A stretch of 50,708 bases of DNA, the filler included, from Jimgerdemannia flammicorona (lineage: Eukaryota): the NCBI GenBank assembly GCA_003990765.1. It is 2 parts of 2 records of this genome, joined end to end, with 100 filler letters (N's around TTAATTAATTAA, not from the genome) between each part and the next. Parts side by side here need not be neighbours in the genome. Positions count along the whole stretch, not along the records: positions 1 to 25,304 come from RBNJ01000852.1; 1 more part is not named here. One strand, written 5' to 3'. Below the pieces are notes generated by a model. It did not search any database, was not told the origin of the DNA, and saw nothing but the letters and a program-made list of their open reading frames with translations. The first letter of the stretch is position 1. Each line of letters opens with the position of its first letter. Position numbers and translations under genes: made by a program. Of this stretch, positions 1-12,800 are shown piece by piece.

Positions 1-376
1 TATGGCCCTCCAGAGAGGTACCTCCAAGAGGTTGCTGCCTGGTAGCCTTCACCAGTACCTTCCCCCCTCACAGCTAGCTCTCCAGTCCAGCCCCTTGCCA
101 ACCCCCCTTCACCTTCTCTACAAAGCTCACCCTGCCAGACCCTTGACCTCCAGCTCCACCCCCTCCTCCACTGCGGCCTCCCACCAGCAGGCCCCTCATA
201 CTTCTCCCCAAGCCAGGGCCTCTCCCCACTTGCTGCCATTCAAATGCTCCAGGGCCACCCTGCCCAGTACGTACCTCCGGATGCTCATTGGTCACCATAA
301 TACTAGTAGGTTTTCTCCAGAAACTGTATCGAAAGTATTGCCAAAGATTGTATAACCTGAATGTTACTGGAGAAAG
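1..376 (-). mobile_element. LINE family A (L1/Tx1-like) 5' end and start of ORF1, running off the window edge
   Basis: The reverse complement (ctttctccagtaacattcaggttatacaatctttggcaatac...gtggccctggagcatttgaatggcag...ggccctggcttgggg) aligns by eye with the 5' end of the copy starting at ~37389. It shares the terminal motif with the copies ending at 15425 and 37043. Confidence 0.85.
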
Positions 377-589
377 ATATCACATGCTGGCCAATGGACC
401 TCTTGGTTGAGAACAATTAGCTCTGATTTGAATGTAGACCCCAAAGCCTTAATGATAATACTGGTACTGCTTATACTGAATATCTTACTCTCAAATTTCT
501 CTATTTGATCAGATACTGGACATAGTTGAACTTGGATAACTTTGATCTCTCCTTTTCAATAGAACTGAGTCCTGATCTGAGGGGCTAAG

Positions 590-845
590 ATAAGTATGTA
601 GATGGGTTATATGTGGGTGGGTTTCATATGGATGGATTGCATGCAGATGGATTGTATATGGACAGATTGTGTGCTGACAGATTGCATGCAGATATATTGT
701 ATGTAGACAGGTTGCATGCAGACAGATTGCATGTAGACAGATTGCATGTAGATGGGTTGTGTGTAGATAGATTATATGCAGATAAGTTGCATATGGATGA
801 GTTGTATATAGATAGATTATATACAGATAGGTTGTATATAAGTAT
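590..845. repeat. 15-bp minisatellite (consensus ~GATAGATTGYATGYA), about 17 degenerate units
   Basis: Directly visible period-15 repeat; it gives the DRLHA/DRLHV pseudo-peptide in the ORF track. Confidence 0.9.
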
Positions 846-859
846 CATGTGAGTGTTTT

Positions 860-1858
860 TAAGAGAGACTATATAAAATTAAAGTTAAATAAAACATAAA
901 GATGGGTATTTCAGAAAAAGAGTGTGAGTGAGTGAGTTGCATATCACAAAGTTGCATAAGTTGCACAAGATTGCTCATAAAGGCTTGCTTCTGTTCTTTT
1001 TGAGATCTCCACCACATAATACATTGACTTAATAGCTCAGCCATCAAAGGCATGCCCTGCAATATCTGTCAGCCTTTCTTCATCTTGATCAGATATTGCG
1101 AATAAAGTTGGCAGATCTCACCATAGAGCTGTAGACCCTAAGAAAAGCATAAGGTGAATTGGATTGTACTGGGGGAAATTAAAAAAGTAAATATAAGTAA
1201 ACAAGTGACAGCAGAATGAGTAATCTATATTTACTATCAGCTGCTCCAAAAAGACTACTGCATACATAGCTGTGAGGTCTGTAAATTCGAGATCTGAAGG
1301 GCAGCTATGAGTTTTTACTAGAATTCTCCCTTATCTCTGCCATTGCCACCACCATTACCATCACCACCACCATTGCTACCACTGTCACTCCTTTGGCTCT
1401 TGATGAGTAGCTTGTATACTATCCATATGAGAAATAATCTAATATTATTAGTAGAGAGTATGTTTCTATCTTGAATACTCCCTCATTTGATAATTATTGT
1501 AGGGTAAAAAAAATGAGTAGACTGGACTAATATATAATTAAGGGCTGCTGTTTTATTTGCTCATAATGTGGTAGAAAAAAAAAAGAATAAAGAAAAAGAG
1601 CAAAGAAAGAACAAAAAAAGAAAGAAAATAAAAGAAAGGGTGATATATATTACCAAAGTATGGCAGAAAAAAAAACAGAGTGAAAAATGAATAAAAGAAA
1701 GAGTGATGTCATCAAAGATTTCATGTGATCAATCTAGATAGATCAATCTGAATCAATCTGAATCAGATCACAAAACTAATCTGAGTTAATTCAAATCTAT
1801 TATATAATAAATCTGAATCAAATCTCATCCAGATCAATTCCATCCATTCAGAGTACTA
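860..1858 (-). mobile_element. Probable decayed hAT transposon end with a transposase relic
   Basis: Ends in ...gagtacta (1851-1858), like the TIRs at 2722, 23015, 23398 and 50507, with subterminal GAATC/GATTC repeats at ~1725-1850. The minus-strand peptide LLSQCIMWWRS reverts under CpG decay (ATG TGG TGG from ACG CGG TGG) to a TRWxS motif typical of hAT transposases. The left boundary is uncertain. Confidence 0.4.
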
Positions 1859-2020
1859 GCCCTAGTCCTAGTTATTGCCCCAGTCACCCCTCCAGCCCTG
1901 GTCATCACCCTAGCCCTGGTCATCACTCCGGTCACCCCTTTAGCTCCAGTTATTGCTCTGGCTCTAGTTATTGCCCCAGCCACCACAGCTCCAGCCCCTT
2001 TAGCCCTAGTTGTTCCAGCC
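1856..2020. repeat. ~18-bp degenerate minisatellite (CCAGCCCTRGTYATYACC-like)
   Basis: Visible tandem periodicity. Confidence 0.7.
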
Positions 2021-2339
2021 ACTCCAAAGCCAAGAGACCATCCTTAGATCAGTTGTAATAATTGTAGATAATATGAGAAGACTTGCTGTACTCTCTCTAA
2101 AATTTGTCAGAAGTTGAACCCATTGACTCTTAATCTATTTATGAGAAAAAGGCCTTGTGATAATTCCTATTAGTTAGCTATTGCTACAGCCAGGAATACT
2201 ACTAGATACTGAGTATCAGGTAAGTAGAATGTATCAAGTAAGTGAAATATATTGAGTGAGTGGAATGTATCAGACAAGTATCATATGTACTGAATGTATT
2301 GTATGGAATAATAAATAAAAGATTAATATAAGCTATGTA

Positions 2340-2722
2340 TCAACTTTAAATTTCAACAATAAAATTTTTGAAATTCAATAACTTAACAAAATCATATTCA
2401 GATTTAATAACCTTTGTTGTACTGGATTCACCTTATCAAGACAAATCCAAAATACTAATATTTATTAAATTTGAATATATTTTTATTGAGTTATTATATT
2501 TCAAATTTCAAATTAAATCAGATCTCAATTTGATTCAAACATTTTGAATCAGACTTCAATTAAATTCAAACTCAATTTAATTCAAACTCAATTTGAATTA
2601 AAAAAATCCTCAATTTGATTCAATTCAATTTGATTCAAATTACCTGCAATTTGATTTAATTCTATTTGATTCGAATCACTCTCAATTCAATTTAAATTGA
2701 TTTGATTTATTTGAGAGTACTA
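2340..2722. mobile_element. hAT-like fold-back MITE, one terminus missing
   Basis: Right TIR ttgatttgatttatttgagagtacta and an internal palindrome (~2366-2505) both match the element at 23015-23398. Confidence 0.7.
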
Positions 2723-3779
2723 TATATAATGATTGTATACATGAGATCTAGAAGATAGAGCAGAATTATATAGTAAGTACTAATACTTATAAAAGGAGAG
2801 TTATGGAGATTATAAAGATAAGGAGTATATATTGTAATAGTGATCTCAAAATAATGATATCAGTATAAGAGACAGTCTTTTCTTATAAGCCACCAGATCA
2901 GAACATAAAAAGATCATATGGCATGACTCATCTGGGCTACAAGATGAGTAATTATGACCAATCATGAGTCATTGTGACCACAAGACAGATATCTTGAGAA
3001 ATATAAAAAAAGGATCAAGAAACTACAGTAGTAGCAATCCAAACAAAGCTCACAGAAATAGTTCTAAAGACTTATCACAAACAAAATGCCTGCCATTTGT
3101 CAAACCTCAAGGTCTAGGAACCATCAAGGTCCCTCAGTCTAGGAAAGGATATTCTAAGATATCAGAAGAGCCATGAGAACCTATATAAGAAGGACTTCTA
3201 GCCTCAATCTGGACACTAGTGACCCTTATCATTATATTCTCTACTGCTATGAAATAGAAATAAGAATCACCATCACCACTGAGTACCTCTGGATATGGTA
3301 GAAGTATAAAATAGGAAACCTTCTCTGCCAGGAATTCCCTCAGACTAGTCTCCAGGAGATTTAAGATACTACCCCTATAGATATATATATATAAAATAAG
3401 GACAGTAAAGAAGATTCATCAGGTCTTCAAGCATGCACCATAGTCAACCCCCAACTTAGAGTATACTAGGATCTCAGACTTCAAGAAACTGTCAGCTCAC
3501 CCACCAATGTACTAGAGACCATGGTGGCCACAGAGACTCAGTCTACTATCACTCTCAATAGTAATAAAGTAGAGGACTTCTGGTATCCCATCCTCCAGAA
3601 AATCTCAGATCAATTCATATAAGAATTGATCTCAGCATTTCAAGACCCCAGCATCCAGATTAGACCTCCCCAAGACCCAACATTTATTTCTTATTTTGTA
3701 GAAGAGAATGTCATAGATTGGAGAGCCCCCACTACTACTAAACAAAATGATGTCACCTGCAATGATATCATCAGCTACA

Positions 3780-4467
3780 TATGACATTATCTCACTAATT
3801 GGTAATATGTACAAATATGCAAAACATATGATATATATGATGAGACAGATGAAACATTCATAGACCTCATCTCTTTCAAAGACATCCTGTCTCTGATCTC
3901 TGACCTTGATGATAGTAACAAAGATGAAGCCTTTATGATCCTGAATATTCTGCTTTAAGTTCTTGGTAACACTGAATTCTATCAGTATCCTTTTTCTGTA
4001 TAACTGTTATTCTTCTGGCATTCTGATCTTGCATAACTCAGAAATTCTTCTGGTATTCTTTTCTTATACTACTGAAACTCTACTGACATTCTGAACTTGA
4101 ATAAATGTTTGTACAGATACTTGAACTTGTACTTACAACTGTAGTTTTCTGTGTTCTAGTATTTTATTTAGTTATTGAAATTTATATTTAGCTTTATAAC
4201 TTGGCAACCATTGAATTATATTTTATATAAATACCCCACTTATTTCCTTTAAAATAAAGTCAGTTAAGTTCACTTATCCTCAATTCCATGCAAGCAATCT
4301 AAGAGATAACAAGACAGTTTAAAGATAAGAAGTTCAAGGACTATAAGACCTTAGGAAGGTACTCCAATGAGAGCTTGCTTATAACAAACTTGAGGTTAGT
4401 CTAAGAGATATATATATCTTAGAGAAAATCTGATGTATTTGAAGGACTCAGTGACCACTACATAACA
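3780..4467 (+). mobile_element. Probable solo LTR related to the Gypsy-1 LTR (left boundary uncertain)
   Basis: The 3' end ccactacataaca resembles the Gypsy-1 LTR ends ccactatgttaca/ctgctacattaca. It has an internal tatataaata...aataaa arrangement like that LTR and is followed by ATAT. Confidence 0.45.
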
Positions 4468-5516
4468 ATATATAGTTTAGTTTGAGATATTAGATATAAT
4501 AGAGAGAGAGCAGATAGTTAGAATAGAGGAGTATGAGCTTTATATATGATATTCCTAAGAAGAAGTAGAATAAGCCTACTAATATTAATACTAATACTAT
4601 ATTACTGATTATCTTTAGCTTCGCAACTACTCTATTATCTTACAATACTCTTGCCCAGTACTTCTTACTGAAAATGTACAAGTCCACTAATCCTAGCTTC
4701 TCTAAAGCCAACTTATTTATTATTATACTCATTTATTATATATTACTAATATGTCTCCATCTAGAGTTACAGACCTCTTCTCTTACTCAATATATTTTGA
4801 AAAATGTTTTTATACTATATTGCTAATTAGGCCATAGAATAGAGTAATAATCATTTCAGTAGTAGTGACTTAGAGATAGGAAATAAAGATACTATACTCA
4901 TAAAGAGTTCTTAGTTTTTATATATAATGAGCTTCTAATATTGAGATATTTTAATAATATCTATATTATAGTAGTGATTAATTATATCTTCAAAAAGGTG
5001 GTCAATTTGATAGTAGCTTGAGATTTGTCTGATTCGGTAGACTTCACTAAGTATATTTAGAATATTCTATAACATTTCTATAAAATAAAAGAGTGTTAAG
5101 ATATAAATATTTATGAGAGATAGAGGTGGTGAAATATAGTTGATAATAATATTTTAAATATTAGTATAGATATAGTTATAAACTTTAGTAGTCATAGCTG
5201 AGTATATATTTGAGAATTATATTTATTATTTATAGTTCTCTATTTTAACATACTATATATCTAATATATATCTCTTTAATCTTGATTAATAAGATTCTAT
5301 TTTCATAAGTCTTATATTCTATGACTTCAAGTTAACTCAAATTTGTAATCTATAACTTTAGTTTGACTCAGCTTTATAATTTTATATATGATTTCTAGAT
5401 TTGTTCAAAGAGTAATATATGATTTTAGTTGCTTAGAGATTATATACTTATAAATATAAGAACTTTATATTTATAATAGATTAGTTAATAAAGAGGTCTA
5501 GTACTTTTATATATAT

Positions 5517-5987
5517 TATGATGATTGATCCAAATTAGGAATAAGGATCAGGAGAATTAGACATTTGATCATAGTATCTGAACCCAATTCTTAATATAGT
5601 ATAGCCTTACAAATAGAAGTCATTTCACAAATGTTAAGTTTTCACAAATATTAAGAATTCACAGATGTTAAAGTCTTAACAATCATCAAACATTTAACAG
5701 ATGTCAAGGATTAATACTTGTGAAAAGTAACTCATAACTTAGTCATAACTTAGCTACCTTATAGCTAGCAAACTTATATAAATAACCCAGTATCTTAGAG
5801 TAAATAAACCTCAGATTGAAATAGTTCAAAGCAAAGAGAAAGCAAAGGAACTAGTAAGTCTGCAGGCAGATACACTTTGAACTCATCCACCCCTGCATCC
5901 CAAGGACTCTGCAGAGTCAAATAAGATCAAGTTTTCAAGATAATTAAATCTGATATATTACCAAGGTTAAGTATCTGCTACATTACA
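5517..5987 (+). repeat. Gypsy-1 5' LTR
   Basis: tatgatgattgatc...cattaca, colinear with 17385-17854; the differences are mostly transitions. Confidence 0.93.
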
Positions 5988-6019
5988 ACTTGATGCCTAT
6001 TGGCTAGTAATTCAAGATG

Positions 6020-6900
6020 AATCTCTTACTTTCAAGCTAAATAATGAATAACTACCACTATCTAAATAACTATACAACTGAGACATCTAGACAAGATGGA
6101 TATAAGACTATCAGTATTTTACAGTTATACTTCAGATGAGTCAATCATTACCTTTATTGATGTTTTTGAACAATATGCTGCTATAAGGGGCCTAACAGCA
6201 AGACAGCAAGTAACTCTTATATTCTTCAGTCTCTGAGGACTAGTGAGAGCAGCATTCACAGCTATAACCCATATAGGAAATGATGATAATACTATACTAG
6301 CAGTACAGAAGACCAGGATCTGAGCCACATACTATATAGATAAGATCAAGCAGATACTGAAGGATCAACTCAATATAATATGCCAAGGAATGAGCAAGGA
6401 TCCAAACATATTCTACACCAGAATCTGATATCAGATAATCCTTGTAGATTATGCTGCTGCTATCAGAGACCAAGTAGCCAAAATAATCTTTATGAAAGGA
6501 ATATACCAAGAGATAGTCCTGACCATCCACTAATTGCCAATAGTCTTGAATCTGATACAGAAGATCACCTATGCTCAGCAATACTGGATAGCCAGACACC
6601 CACAAAGAGAGAGTCACTGGAGTCAGAATTGAAGACAACTAGTGTGATCCCTACTATAGTGATCAATCGAAACCCACCTCAACCAAGAGCTACTGAGCAA
6701 TAGAAGATTAGTAACCCTATAGAGGAACTTGCCAAGAGGTTTACCAAAATGACAGCCTACTAGGAGATGTGGTAAAGAAAATTAAAGGAAGAGACTGCTG
6801 CCCAGTTCAGAAATTTGACACTATCTTAGACAGAAAGAGAGATACTTGCTATATCTGTAGAGAGGAGGACTACTACTCATATGAATATATAAGTGAAACC
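6020..6900 (+). pseudogene. gag: Gypsy-1 gag with a decayed CCHC zinc knuckle
   Basis: Lies just after the 5' LTR; CYICREEDYYSYEY at ~6847-6890 is a decayed Cx2Cx4Hx4C; many stops. Confidence 0.7.
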
Positions 6901-7439
6901 AAGCACAAGGCACAGCCAAGCAATGTAACTTGAAATAAGGAATAAGTCAACATCATCACCTTTGAGGAGATTGGAGAATCAGATGAAGAAGAATGAGAGA
7001 CCTATCCTATACAGACCACTAAGAAGAATATCTGCAAAGAACTATATAAGAGACCACCAGAGAGATTCAAGAAGAACCCTGTAGAAAAGTAGATGGAGAC
7101 TGCTACAGAAAGTCAAGGTGAAGAAACAGATTAAAATATGGAGCTAGAACAGACTGTTCAAGATATCATCTGAGAAACTACTCTAGCCAGTGAAGGAGAA
7201 AAGAAGAAGAAGCTTTCCAAAACCAAAACCTTCAAGTATTATATCTTCAAGAATCTCAGTCAACAAAAGGTCAATGCAACCTTTGGCCAGCTGGTAGAGA
7301 TGCCTACATTCAGACAGCAAATGAGATATGGACTTGCTGAAATAACCAAGGACTAAGGATGGAAGATAACTGAGGCCAATAATATTCAAGAAAACTCAGG
7401 AGAAGAAAGTGAAGACAACCATAAAACCTCTGCCTATGC

Positions 7440-7800
7440 AACTTATCAAATTGAGGATAGAGTCTTCAAAACTATCATTAATATAAGAGCAGAAGGATGT
7501 CTCCTTAGTAAGAAAACAGCAGATCATCTAGGTTGGGAAGTTGAAGAAGCAACCAAATTAGTATTCATTACAGCAGATAGGATAAGAGCCACACCTCTGG
7601 GAAAGATCTGAGATGTCCTCATCAAGTTTGGAGAAGTAACAATCCCAGTGAATATAATTGTGACCCATATAACAAACTATGACATACTCATCAGCAATCA
7701 ATGGCTTCACAAAGCCAAGGCAATAATTGATCTGAATGTCCAGAAGATGCAAATTATCTCTCATGAATAGAAGATGCAAATTTCCATCAATGTCAACAAA
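7440..7800 (+). pseudogene. Gypsy-1 aspartic protease
   Basis: KTIINIRAEGCL (decayed IIDTGA motif) and downstream YDILISNQWL (decayed DxLxGxxWL motif). Confidence 0.75.
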
Positions 7801-8159
7801 AGAGTCCTGCCTGAGATGGAGGAAGAAGAGAGTGAACAATAGGAAGTCTACATGATGACAACCCAGAAAAAGAAGAAGAAAATTAAATAGATGAGTGAAG
7901 AAGACTGGTGTAAGAAGATTATGGAAGAATATGTACCACAAGGAGTCTCCCCCCATAGGATCTGAATGTACTGCATAGAGCATATCAATGAGTATTACCA
8001 GTATACTAGCAAAATCAAGGAGATCTACCACCAAAGAAGAGAGAAGGTACTTGAGAAACAGATAAGGGAAAAAAAGAAAATGAAAGAAGAAGAGGATGAT
8101 GAACCACTGGCCCTCCTTGAAGATAGTGACAATGAAGAGGAAATCAAGATCAAGACTTA

Positions 8160-8565
8160 GAAGATCTATCCAGATGCAGTCTTATCTGAATATAAGTCAG
8201 AAAATACAGCTGGAATAGATATTATATACTACAGTAAAGCAAACTGTACTCAAACCTCAGACAACCACCCTACTTGCAACTGGTCTGGAGATGACTATTC
8301 TAAAGGACCATATTGGAATCCTCAAGACAAGAAGCAGCCTGGCTAGAAGTGAAATTACAATTGAAGGAGGAGTCATTAATTCAGATTATATTGGAGAAAT
8401 ACTACTTATTACCAGAAACCACAACCTTATAATTTCATTTCTAATTAAGAAGAAGGACCAACTGGTACAGATATTGATCTTCTCAGGTCTTCAGCTAAGA
8501 ATCATAGAAGTCAAGAAGTTAGAGGAAATAGAAAGAGAAAGGAAAGGATTTGGATCAATAGGAAG
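8160..8565 (+). pseudogene. dut: Trimeric dUTPase domain within pol, between protease and RT
   Basis: All five motifs are recognisable: AGIDI; KTRSSLA; GGVINSDYIGEI; DQLVQI; RERKGFGSIG. Confidence 0.9.
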
Positions 8566-8689
8566 AGGAGTATTTATCAGTATCAAGATCACTAAGCTGG
8601 AGCACAAGAAGGAGGAAACTATGAACAAGCATAGCTACACTATTGGAAATAAATTCCCACTCAAGATAGAGCTCAAGAAAATACTCTAT

Positions 8690-9814
8690 AAATTCAAGAA
8701 TGTCTTCACCACAGACTTCAAGGATATTAAAGGAAAGACTCTACACTACTATTATGATGTAGATACTAGAGATACTAAACCAATTTACCAGAAGACAAGA
8801 CCTGTCCCACCAGTCTACTGAGAATGGCTCAAAGAAGAGATCAAGCAGATGGAAGAAGCTGGTATCATCAAGGAGGCCAGCAGTCCCTGGTCTTCACTAG
8901 TTATACTAGTTCCTAAGATAGGAAACAAGTTTGGAGAATTTTCTCCAAGACTCTGCATTGATTATAGAAAGCTCAATGTAGATATCAAGAAGGATTGGCA
9001 ACTACTGCCCCTTATCAATAACATCCTTATAACTCTGGGAGATGAAGCACAGTACTATAGCACCTTGGATCTATACTCAGAATTCCACCAAATTGGACTC
9101 ATAGAAATAGCAAGAAATCAGCCTTCATCACCCCAGATGGAACCTATATCTATCTGTAAATACCATTTAGAATATGCAATATCTCTATAAGCTTCTAGCA
9201 AATGATGAACAAAATCTTTCACTATAACATGGGAAGATGGATGATGGTTTATGTAGATGATGTTATCATCTATAGCAAGACAGCCAAAGGACATCTGCAG
9301 CACATCCAGCAGATAATAGAAAAGCTGAGACAGTATGGTCTTTATATCAAGCCCAAGAAGTGCAAATTCATGGAAATTGAGATTATCTATCTCAGCCATA
9401 TTATTAATCAAGATAGAATGCACACAGATCCCTTCAAGATTCAAGTAGTAGTAGTATACCCAAGGCCCACCACAGTTACCAAAGCCCAAGCCTTCATGGG
9501 ACTTATCTCATACTACTGCCAATTTATCAGAGGATTCTCTAACATCACAGGCCCAATCTATGAACTCAATAAGAAGGATACTAAGTTCCAATAGACTGGC
9601 AGGCAACAAAAAGTATTCAAAGAACTTAAGGTCAGACTGACCCAGATACCTATCCTCAGAAGACCCAATTAGACTTAAGAATTCATCCTGCAGATAGATG
9701 TAAGCACCCAAGGACTAGGAGCAGTCCTAGCCCAAAAGAAAGACAAAGTGGAGTATGTCATTGAATACCTAAGTTAAGGAACCTGAGGAGCTGAAATAGA
9801 ATATAAATCCTATA
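8690..9814 (+). pseudogene. pol: Gypsy-1 reverse transcriptase and N-terminal RNase H
   Basis: SSPWSSLVILVPK, RLCIDYRKLN, STLDLYSEFHQI, VYVDDVII, KPKKCKF, FMGLISYYCQFI, FILQIDVSTQGLGAVL; frameshifts and stops present. Confidence 0.93.
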
Positions 9815-12800
9815 TTATTATTATTATTTTTTTTTTATAGTCACTCAGACTTCTATTTATTACCACTTAATCTATAAATAATACTACATATATATCCACA
9901 ACCCCTCAGCCAATGCCCCTCAGATCCTCCTCCCCACTCTCCATCTCTCTCCACCAAAGAACAACCCAACTATCTATCATCTGAACTCTCCCTCTACTCT
10001 TCTTGTAAATACAATTCACCAGATTCTGATGGCCCCCTCTATCTGGTCCCTACTCTCTCTACCAACCATTCAAAATGTCAAGTATTAATCATTCTCAATG
10101 TACTACTTTATCTCCAAATGCAACCTGCTGGTCCTTCTCAAAGACATAAAGCCAATGACCAGCCATCTCTACCCAAATTGCCAGGGCCCATCCCAAGGTC
10201 AACCATTCATCTCCCACTCCACCCACTAACCTTTGCCAAAGGCCCCCCCATCTCCCTCCTTCTCTCCCCACCAGGGGCCTCAAATCCAATCTACTAGAAA
10301 TACTATGCCAAAACTCTCCCAAAACTTCACACTCTCTTAGCCAATATTCAGGTGTTTGTACTACTCCCCCCTCCTGACCAATGTCTATACATTCCTCATA
10401 CTCAAATATACTGTCTGCCACCAAATACCCAGACTGATAGTTCAGCATCACATTCTGCCTTAAGAATCTCCACCATACTATCCAAAACTTGGGGGGAAGC
10501 CATTGCATCACCACTAATGTATATAGCTAGTCTCATCTCCACATCTGTGGTCCCCAGTCCTTTACTCTCTCATCACTCCTCCACTGAAGTCTAATTCTCT
10601 TTGCACTATTTACCACTCCCTACTAAAAATCTTTATAATATATCTTCTTGCTCCCATCCATGGCCACCATTGCAAGCAGGTCACCAGTCACTCTATGAGG
10701 GGAATACTGGACTTCCTATACCCTCTGCATAAGTGGTACCCACTCTCAGCCTCTCAACTCACTCACTCTCTTCAGCCACCATGCTCTCAGGCAGTATAGG
10801 TACTTGGTAAAGTCTACTAAGCCCAGCCTGCCTCTGTCAACAGGCAGAGTCAGAACCTTCCAGTCTATCTGACTTTGCTGCCCAGCCTAAATCTATGATC
10901 TTGTCATCTTCAGAAGTCACCTGACCACCCATGCTGGGAAGTCCAGATGATACTCTACATACTATAGCTTTGGCAGCCAATATACATTCAGTACCATCAC
11001 TCTTCCTACCAAGGATATATGTCAACTACTCTATCTTAAAAGAACATTCTTCCATACTAGTAGCTACTGTTCTCACTATATATGGGGCAAAAGGGACCCA
11101 TATATCAAAAAGTATATCTCCAAGTACTAGACCAGTTCTCTAGCTAAGACCACTGTTCCAATCACATCACTACCAACTATTCCACTGCCTAGTACCAGAG
11201 TCTCACATTTGTACCAGTTGAGTCAAGCATCTGAGTCCCTCTCATACCATTCCACTGTCCTTCTTAATTCCTTTACATCTATTAACAAATCCAGTCTAAC
11301 CACTATATCATCTACAAAAGCCCCAACCTTCCAGTTAATTTCCAAAATATTCAAACCCCCAATTTGATGCTGAATTCTATTCAATAGGGGCTCCAAGAAA
11401 AGAGTATATAGGATGGGTGACAAAGGATCCCCTTGTAGTACCCCACAATCTAGTGGAAAAGTCACACCCCTATACCCATTTACTGCTAATACTGCTTGAC
11501 TGTTCTCCAATAAACTGATTAATGACCTTCTGAATACTGGGGAAACTCCTATATGTTTCAGCACTCCCTTCAGCCAGACTCTCCTCAATCTGTCATATGT
11601 CTTCTTCTGATTCAGAAACACTAACTCCAGCTGCCAAAGCCCCTTCAATTATCTCATGAACCTAGGCAGTTCTATCTTGAATCAATTGACCATTAACAAA
11701 TCCCCTCTGCTCAACTCCTAGCACCTGCTGAGTGATCCTCTGTAGCCTAGTCACCAAGATCTTTGTCACCAGCTTACAGTCCATATCAAGGAGCATAATT
11801 GGTCACTAGTTCTTCCAATCTTCTCTTCTTTCCTAATCCTTATAGAGTAAGGAGACCAGCCCTAGGCACTGATCCCCAATCCAAGTTCCAGACTGAAGGA
11901 CCTCACTACTCATCTCCATCATCTCCTCCAATACCACCTATACCCCAGCCATCTTCTTCCAAAAATCCCAGGGAAGCCCATTCTCTTCTAGAGCTATCCT
12001 CTTACTTATCAAAGCCAAGACCTTATATACTTCCTCTCCCTACACTGGATCTCTCAGAATCCCTAGGCCCAGAGCTGGGTCTGGATACTAATCCTCCAAC
12101 TGCTGTTCAATGTTTAGAGCATCCTTACTCTCTTCTTTCTCACTCTATAAATTTTCCTAGCATGTTCTCAGCAATCCCAGAATCTTAGGATTCCCTATCA
12201 CCATCTTTCTATCCTCATCCAAAATACCCTCTCACCACTGTCTGGTCCTCTAAGCTTGTAGCAACCATGAAAGAAATCTAGTGGTCCTCTCTCCCTCCTC
12301 TAACCCCTGCTACTGCAACCTCACCAATATCTCCTTCAGCTGAATCTCTTTCTCTATTTGTAGCACTTCCTTTAACTTATCTACTTGCTTTTGAATCTGC
12401 AGAATTCACCAATCAACCCCCCAATCCTCCAGCAACTCTACCCATCTCCCCAAAAGTACTGCCAATCTCTGTGAAGCCCATTGCACTCACCACTATCACT
12501 GAGCACTCCTTCCTTTCCCTACCTCTCTCCAGTACCTCTGAGTACTTGATTTCAGCCACCACTAGCAATCCCCAATCACTAATCCCTGCTCCTGCCACCT
12601 ATCAATCTTCTCACTAACTTCCACCTCTCAGTTTGTTCATAAGGAACCATTCTCCAGCAAGAAAAATTCAGTTGCTAATGTCCAGGCCCATCCCCACTTC
12701 CCCCAAATCTCCCACTCCCTATCAGACCCCAGTGATCTGACTATAGGTACTAAACCACCTCCAGCATATCCCAGACATCCACTCCCCAGCACTCTGTCAT

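Noticed and set aside
613..852. DRLHA pentapeptide-repeat protein
   Set aside because: The ORF coincides exactly with a 15-bp minisatellite that is open on both strands.
2725..3779. Possible additional solo LTR
   Set aside because: Termini and TSD are only suggestive and there is no second copy in the window.
4470..5510. Possible Copia integrase (FMRDRGGE) in AT-rich DNA
   Set aside because: A single motif without supporting neighbours.
5988..6008. Primer-binding site after the Gypsy-1 5' LTR
   Set aside because: The position fits (tgatgcc, perhaps from tggtgcc or tggcgcc), but it is too mutated to assign a tRNA.
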